Positions 58,399-64,000 of a stretch of DNA of 64,000 nucleotides are shown here, in pieces. The notes beneath the pieces were generated by a model. It did not search any database, had not been told where the DNA came from, and saw only the letters and a program-made list of their open reading frames with translations. This DNA is from Chamaesiphon sp. (lineage in GTDB: Bacteria > Cyanobacteriota > Cyanobacteriia > Cyanobacteriales > Chamaesiphonaceae). The stretch is taken from NCBI GenBank assembly GCA_965246715.1, contig CBDFFH010000005.1, positions 288,001-352,000 of the forward strand, written 5' to 3'. A program made the position numbers and the translations under genes. The first letter of the stretch is position 1. The number at the start of each line of letters is the position of its first letter.

Positions 58399-59556
58399 CT
58401 ACCGAGCACCCTGTTGGGGACCGATGGCGCGCCGCAACGACTCAGCACTCGGTGGTGTTGGTTGATTACAAAGATCGCCGTTACCGTTGCCACAGTTCGA
58501 CTCGAAGTCATCAGCCATTTGCTGCAACTCGGGTCGGGTTGGGATCGGCGGCGGCGGGTCAGTGGGCAGCATAGAAGGTTCAACACCTGTGGAGTTCAGC
58601 TGAGCAATGACCGAGCGAGCCACAGTTCGACCCAATGCTATGCCGTTAATGTGATCCGTTCGCCAGTGAATACCCGCCCACAAGCGTGCCATGCCAATGT
58701 TATCGGCTAGCTTGTCAAGTTCATCTTTTGCTTCTGGGAAAAAACATGAGAGAAGTTCACTCGCAGCACCGGAATAAGTGCTGTGCCCTGATGGGTAAGC
58801 CGGATGTCGTGGTGTGCCCGGTGATGGCATTGGTTTTGTCCTTGGATTGCCATCCTGCACCTCACCGCTACTCAAATCGACTTCCGTGTCGTAGAGCACG
58901 TTCAGTGGGGGCAAGCCCTGGCTGACAGCATACTCAAATGGACGCTGGCGGCGGGCAACAAGATCCGTGCGGTCGGTAGCCAGCCATTTGTAATGCCACG
59001 CTGCTAAAAGTGCGCTGGAGATTGCGACGTCAAGAGCAGCCCACACCCAAGCTTGGCGAGGCGGTGACCAGTCCTTCACACGAATCAACCCGTTGAGTGC
59101 ATGTCGATGAGCTAATCCTGGCGTTTCCCCTTCAAAATAGCGGGCAAGTTCCCGTCCAGTTTCTACGAGAGGCTGGTTGAGACGAAGTGTTCTGACTACG
59201 GCACCTAACGGCGGCGGCGCGAACTTAATCGTTTTAGAAGAGATCATCAAGTCTCCGCCAGTGAGGAATACGCTCATCTGCTTGCGCTCGCGCCCGGGGG
59301 GTCCACCGACTAACGCATTCGCATTGCCCCGTAATGATTCTAACTCGCGTAGTTCTGCGATTTCGGCATTTATAATCGCTTGACCCTCTGGCGTACCAGA
59401 ATCAGGGTAGGAGGGAAAGAAGTTAGGACTGTTAGGATCATCAGTTCCCGCCTCCCTGAGGTCGTCTAGTGAAACAATGCGCGGTTGAGAACACCGATTC
59501 CAAAAACTTGCTTTAGGTTCAACTTGTGGTCCATATAAGTTATACTCGGTTACCAT
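58399..59556 (-). CDS. Vanadium-dependent haloperoxidase / PAP2 superfamily protein
   Basis: AAWHYKW..RP, HPAYPSGHS, ARLWAGIHWRTD; AAGGAG RBS before ATG 59556. Confidence 0.82.
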   Translation of the reverse strand: MVTEYNLYGPQVEPKASFWNRCSQPRIVSLDDLREAGTDDPNSPNFFPSYPDSGTPEGQAIINAEIAELRELESLRGNANALVGGPPGRERKQMSVFLTGGDLMISSKTIKFAPPPLGAVVRTLRLNQPLVETGRELARYFEGETPGLAHRHALNGLIRVKDWSPPRQAWVWAALDVAISSALLAAWHYKWLATDRTDLVARRQRPFEYAVSQGLPPLNVLYDTEVDLSSGEVQDGNPRTKPMPSPGTPRHPAYPSGHSTYSGAASELLSCFFPEAKDELDKLADNIGMARLWAGIHWRTDHINGIALGRTVARSVIAQLNSTGVEPSMLPTDPPPPIPTRPELQQMADDFESNCGNGNGDLCNQPTPPSAESLRRAIGPQQGAR

Positions 59557-59973
59557 TGCTTTCTCCTTGTATTGGGTAATTTCAGAATTGCTTCTTCCAT
59601 TAGAAGCATTCACACTCACGCGGTATTTGCCACGCAACTGCAAGGCTTACGGTACTGGACTGCTAATGGATGAGGCAACCAGTAAAACCGTTTGTGGGCA
59701 GCCATTTTAGAGATTCAAGCTTCGATTACCTAAAAACTTCGTCTGACAAGGGTTTCAGGTAGCTAGCCTCTTTGTAGAGACCAGTGCCAGCGCCGATGGT
59801 AGTCATGACCTCTACTCTAATTAGATCTGACTGTTGCTTATTTCACTTCTGAATTGAGTTTATTTCTTATTGGTGTAAATTAGTAGTGCCCCAGCGAGAA
59901 ACTTAATTATAGTTAATTCAAATAAAAATGCGGTTTTGCGGTCTCAACTAGATTGATCGAGCATGGGTAATTA

Positions 59974-60243
59974 GGGGGAAACGCAGAATTCGGAGAATAT
60001 TGCACGTTAACGATTTCTTCTGTCAGGAAAGGCTCTATGACCTGTTATGGAATATGTCAATAAATGATAAAAAGGACTCTAGATTGACACTTTAAGAAGC
60101 TTTTAGTTGACATTAGGTTGGAGTGTACCCCAATCTGACAAAATATGGCTTTTTCCCTGTTCTCAGGTTACTTCCTTGAAAGCCTTTTCCTGAGAGGCTT
60201 TCAGCCTTAGCGTGCTATTTTGTCCGAATTCTGCGTTTCCCCC
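59974..60243. mobile_element. 270-bp Tn3-family miniature element, 38-bp terminal IRs
   Basis: GGGGGAAACGCAGAATTCGGAGAATATTGCACGTTAAC versus reverse complement of 60206-60243 GGGGGAAACGCAGAATTCGGACAAAATAGCACGCTAAG. Confidence 0.85.
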
Positions 60244-60563
60244 AATGTCATCTCTATGAACAGAATGAATTTTATCAGACCTTTCGTGAGTTTGACGCTA
60301 ATAATAATTAGGCTTTAGCTAAACTAAAATAACCAATCAGGTGGGCATTTTCCCGCATTATTAAGTATCTAGGCGCAATTAAATATAAAACGATCGAGCG
60401 CATGTTCACCTGCAACACTTAGAGATCCCATTCCCGCTAGACAGCCTTGGCTAAGAGGCTGTTTGAAAAGTTAGACAGACAGATAAGATCGATGCTCACC
60501 TGTTTACTATAGGTGAAACTCGGTCGGAACTACTAATTCGATTACTACGTGCAGAGATTAGCG

Positions 60564-60587
60564 ATCGCGTAAGCGCGCCGCAAGGCG
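60564..60587 (+). mobile_element. 24-nt small dispersed repeat
   Basis: GCG[ATCGCGTAAGCGCGCCGCAAGGCG]GTCGC. Confidence 0.6.
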
Positions 60588-60691
60588 GTCGCAAAAATAC
60601 TAACAATACCGATCGCGAACCTGACAGCAAGAATGATAACATTTTATTAGATTTCTGTGTTCGAGAAATCGGGTTAGCTAGAGTCAACAAA

Positions 60692-63223
60692 TCATCCTTT
60701 ATTTGAGTAAGCTTTTACGGAGGATGTTTGCCGATAGAATGGGCTAATTTTGATGCCCAGAAAGCGATCGAGTAATGCATGTCTCCAGATAAACCGAACC
60801 ACCAGCAACCAAATAACTGCGATCGATCCAATTGTCCAATAGTGAATGGGTTCTAGTGGATAGAGTTCAAAAATGTTGCCGATCGGCGGAATCGCTATCA
60901 TCAAAACATAAATTAAGAAAACAGTTCCAGCCAGGATCGTAAACCGCCAGTCTCGGCTGAGGGGTGCTCCACCCACCCAAAACCGCGTGGGGGGTTTGAG
61001 CAAGGGGAGGAGGAGTAACTCCCCAAAAATCTGCATCGTGACTATGCCTTTTTCGGCAATTTGCCGTGCTTGGGAAATATCTGACATGGAGATCGATGTG
61101 CCGATCGCTTCAAAGGGAATATCGCCTCGCAGCCATTCTGAAATGGGTACCAGGCTATCGGCTAGAAAATATAGATAGACGAGAATACTCGCCAGGGATA
61201 GGGTGAGGGTGGTAGGCAAGACAAAATGCAGCAATGCGTTTCCCTGCTGCTCTCTAGGTTTGTGAGGCTGTGCCCAGAGGGTAACAAAGAATGGGGGAAT
61301 CCCGACCGTGAGTAACGTGACAATAGTACTGGCCTTGATGCTAAAGGGAAAGGTGAGAGTAATCATCCCAATGGCTACGATCTCTAGCATAAAGGAAAAG
61401 ATTCGTACCATAAACAGTTTGCTGATATCAATCACACCATTGCGAATCCGCTGTCCTTCCATGAAGATTTTGGGCAGTGCGTTAAATGAGTCTTTCAGTA
61501 ACACGATGTCGGCCACGCCACGGGTCGCTTGACTCCCGCTTTCCATAGCTACACTGACATTGGCCTGCTTCAGAGACAGCACGTCATTCACTCCATCACC
61601 CATCATAGCCACGTAATGAGCACGCGATTGTAGACTCTTAACCAGACGGGCTTTCTGCTCAGGCGTAATGCGTCCAAAAACCGTACTCTCTTCGGCGGTT
61701 TGGGTGAAAACCGCATCATCCATTTGCGCCAGTTCTTGCCCTGAAACCGCGATCGGGTCATCACTCAGCCCGGCCTGTTTGGCCAATGCTGCCACGGTTG
61801 CGGGATTGTCGCCCGAAATTACCTTGACCTGGATACCTGCCTGCCGAAATTCTGCCAGGGTTTGGGCGGCATCGGGACGCAACTCATCGCCAAAGTATAA
61901 AACTCCCAGTGGAATCACATGGGGTGGCAGCAATGGATTGCCCGATCCATCTCGCAATGCGCTCACCTCTGAACTGGAGGCAAACAACAGCACACGCAAC
62001 CCTCGATCGGCTCCCTCCCGAATCAGAGTGTGCAGGTCATCGGACAGCGACACGCCTAGCAGCTCTGGCGCACCGAGGAGATACCCTCCAGGCGCATCCG
62101 CAAAGGCGATCGCACTCCATTTGTGTGCCGAGCCGAAGGGAACCTCGGTTTTGAGCGATCGTCGGGCTTTGGGAAAAGCGGTGGCGATCGCCTCGTTGGT
62201 TTTGTTGCTGGTGGAGACACTGGCTGCATAGTCGCCCAACAGGGATTCGAGTTGAGGGCGATCCAGGTTAATGGGAAACACTGTTTGTAAGTGAATTCGA
62301 TTAGTGGTGAGCGTTCCGGTTTTATCGAGGCAGATCGTATCCACATGGCTGAGCGATTCTACCGCATTAGATCGGTGTACCAACGCATTCTGATTAGCAA
62401 TTCGCAAGGCCCCAAAGGTATAGGCCAGAGTAATCATCAGATATAGACCACTGGGTACTAGCCCCACAATCACCGCAATATTTTGCACCCCCACAGAGAA
62501 GGGGATGATGCCCAACAGCATCCGTAGGATGGTGACTAAGCCCAGCAGTATAGCAACGCCCAACAGCAGGCGGATCGTCAAATTAACCTGGGATTGCAAA
62601 GGGGTCAGCACCTTGCGAAACTTACGCGCTTGAGCGGTCATTTTGCTGACTAAACTCTCGGCACCTACCTTCTCAGCTTCGTAGCAAACGGTGCCGCCAA
62701 CACAAAAGCTGCCAGAGTACACCAAGTCGCCCGCCTGTTTGGCAATCAAATCCGACTCGCCTGTCAACAACGATTCGTCCACTTCGATCTCGCCTGCCCC
62801 TACCACGGAACCATCCACCACAATCTGGTCGCCAGGACGCACCACCAGCAGATCTCCCAAGACAATTTCGCTGGGGTCGATCTCCCGTTCTCGCCCCTCT
62901 CGAATCACACTGGCTTGCGGGCGCGTCACGAGGGCAATGGTGTCGAGTTTTTGCTTAGCGCGAATCTCTTGAATGACATTCACTACCACATTCAGCAGAA
63001 TGACAAAGGCTAACACAGCGACATCGCTGACCTGTTCCAACGCAATCAGCACCAGACTTAGGAAAAAGTACACCCCGTTAACGAACGTCAATAGGTTGTC
63101 CCGCAAGATCTCCCAGTAGGTGCGGCTTGTTTGAATCGAGATATTATTTCCCTGTCCCGTTGCACGACGGCGGGCTGCTTCGCGATCGCTCAACCCTTGA
63201 AAGTGGCTAGAATGCGTTTGCAT
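60692..63223 (-). CDS. Cation-transporting P-type ATPase (CtpE-like)
   Basis: LTGES, DKTGTLT, SGDN, GDGVND. Confidence 0.93.
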   Translation of the reverse strand: MQTHSSHFQGLSDREAARRRATGQGNNISIQTSRTYWEILRDNLLTFVNGVYFFLSLVLIALEQVSDVAVLAFVILLNVVVNVIQEIRAKQKLDTIALVTRPQASVIREGREREIDPSEIVLGDLLVVRPGDQIVVDGSVVGAGEIEVDESLLTGESDLIAKQAGDLVYSGSFCVGGTVCYEAEKVGAESLVSKMTAQARKFRKVLTPLQSQVNLTIRLLLGVAILLGLVTILRMLLGIIPFSVGVQNIAVIVGLVPSGLYLMITLAYTFGALRIANQNALVHRSNAVESLSHVDTICLDKTGTLTTNRIHLQTVFPINLDRPQLESLLGDYAASVSTSNKTNEAIATAFPKARRSLKTEVPFGSAHKWSAIAFADAPGGYLLGAPELLGVSLSDDLHTLIREGADRGLRVLLFASSSEVSALRDGSGNPLLPPHVIPLGVLYFGDELRPDAAQTLAEFRQAGIQVKVISGDNPATVAALAKQAGLSDDPIAVSGQELAQMDDAVFTQTAEESTVFGRITPEQKARLVKSLQSRAHYVAMMGDGVNDVLSLKQANVSVAMESGSQATRGVADIVLLKDSFNALPKIFMEGQRIRNGVIDISKLFMVRIFSFMLEIVAIGMITLTFPFSIKASTIVTLLTVGIPPFFVTLWAQPHKPREQQGNALLHFVLPTTLTLSLASILVYLYFLADSLVPISEWLRGDIPFEAIGTSISMSDISQARQIAEKGIVTMQIFGELLLLPLLKPPTRFWVGGAPLSRDWRFTILAGTVFLIYVLMIAIPPIGNIFELYPLEPIHYWTIGSIAVIWLLVVRFIWRHALLDRFLGIKISPFYRQTSSVKAYSNKG

Positions 63224-63488
63224 AATTCCCCATCAAACCACTCATAAGAAAAATTCTGACGTATATTCCAACCTTGAGCATTTAATCTCAAGATATATGC
63301 CCTGTCACGGGTTCGCTGCCGTCACTGTTTGAGCCAGACGTAGCTGGCGTTAGTGTCAGGTCTTCTTCTGGAGTAAGAATAATTCGTAGAGGGGAACAGG
63401 ATCAGGAACTTTTTTGCAACTTGTCTATCTTACTTTTAATTCCGCCCACCTACTTAGTTATTCACGATCGAATCGATCGAAGTCGAGC

Positions 63489-64000
63489 TTAGGTATACCC
63501 ATATTTCTTAATGAACCAAGTTTTGACAAATTGAGTTAGCACACAATAGCAAGTCAGAATTCCAGCTAACCAGAGAAAGTAAACGGCTGGTAGAGGTACA
63601 AATCCTAAACTAGATGCGATCGGTGAAAATGGTAGATACATGCCAATGCACATCACAGTCGCGGTAATCAGCAGCATCGGTAAAGAAGCCCGACTCTGGA
63701 AAAAAGGCACCTTCGCTGTCCGAATAACGTGGACGATCAGAGTTTGAGTCATCAGGCTTTCGACAAACCAGCCTGTTTGGAATAAGGCTTGATGCTCTAC
63801 AGAATTCGCTCCAAATATAAACCACATGAGGGCATAAGTGGCATAGTCAAAGATCGAGCTAATCGGGCCGATGAAAATCATAAATCGCTGAATATTTTCA
63901 ATTTTCCACTGAGGTGGCTTGACTAGATCTTCTTTATCCACATTATCGAAGGGAATACCTGTCTGTGAAAAGTCATAGAGGAGATTATTGATGAGGATCT
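63489..64000 (-). CDS. mgtA: Magnesium-translocating P-type ATPase, C-terminal part
   Basis: NNLLYD, GPISSIFD, FQTGWFVESLMTQTLIVHVIRT. Confidence 0.92.
   Translation of the reverse strand, partial: ILINNLLYDFSQTGIPFDNVDKEDLVKPPQWKIENIQRFMIFIGPISSIFDYATYALMWFIFGANSVEHQALFQTGWFVESLMTQTLIVHVIRTAKVPFFQSRASLPMLLITATVMCIGMYLPFSPIASSLGFVPLPAVYFLWLAGILTCYCVLTQFVKTWFIKKYGYT

Noticed and set aside
60452..60472. GAGGCTGTTTGAAAAGT IS-end-like sequence
   Set aside because: No partner IR or transposase found
61668..62231. 187-aa plus-strand ORF and similar short overlapping ORFs
   Set aside because: Antisense to well-supported genes; no motifs
1..64000. Extreme abundance of GCGATCGC/CGATCG
   Set aside because: Known cyanobacterial HIP1 feature; used only as an origin marker

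Overview
This is an accessory, mosaic cyanobacterial region. It is very rich in CGATCG/GCGATCGC (HIP1) sites and looks plasmid- or island-like (tyrosine recombinase, toxin-antitoxin genes, IS1, IS630, MITEs, many pseudogenes). It opens with zwf-glk and an fbaB/egtD deletion fusion, followed by small regulator+oxidoreductase modules (TetR, Crp/Fnr, MarR, ECF41) whose operators/promoters can be read in the DNA. Main candidate system (about 15.4-47 kb): a dispersed oxidant / reactive-chlorine defence and envelope methionine-repair set. It comprises a short-type chlorite dismutase, a Met-rich repeat lipoprotein, two Tat-type CINC thioredoxins, CcdA, signal-bearing MsrA and MsrB, an MsrP-like molybdoenzyme plus cytochrome b, and a HAMP kinase and OmpR-type regulator. 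Several of these loci share long upstream arrays of 11-bp-phased CTNAG boxes. Also seen: at least 10 copies of a 21-24 nt micro-element inserted at HIP1-like CG^ATC sites (three in frame in genes; one with its empty site visible in a paralogous segment); an integrase-less attI-like site + gene cassette + attC; a Tn3-derived 270-bp miniature element; a tandem ATPase / ATPase-wHTH-TPR pair; a GC-rich foreign gene; a vanadium haloperoxidase/PAP2 gene; and two P-type ATPases at the right end. No rRNA, tRNA, CRISPR array or reverse transcriptase was recognised. All calls come from reading the sequence, with no database search.
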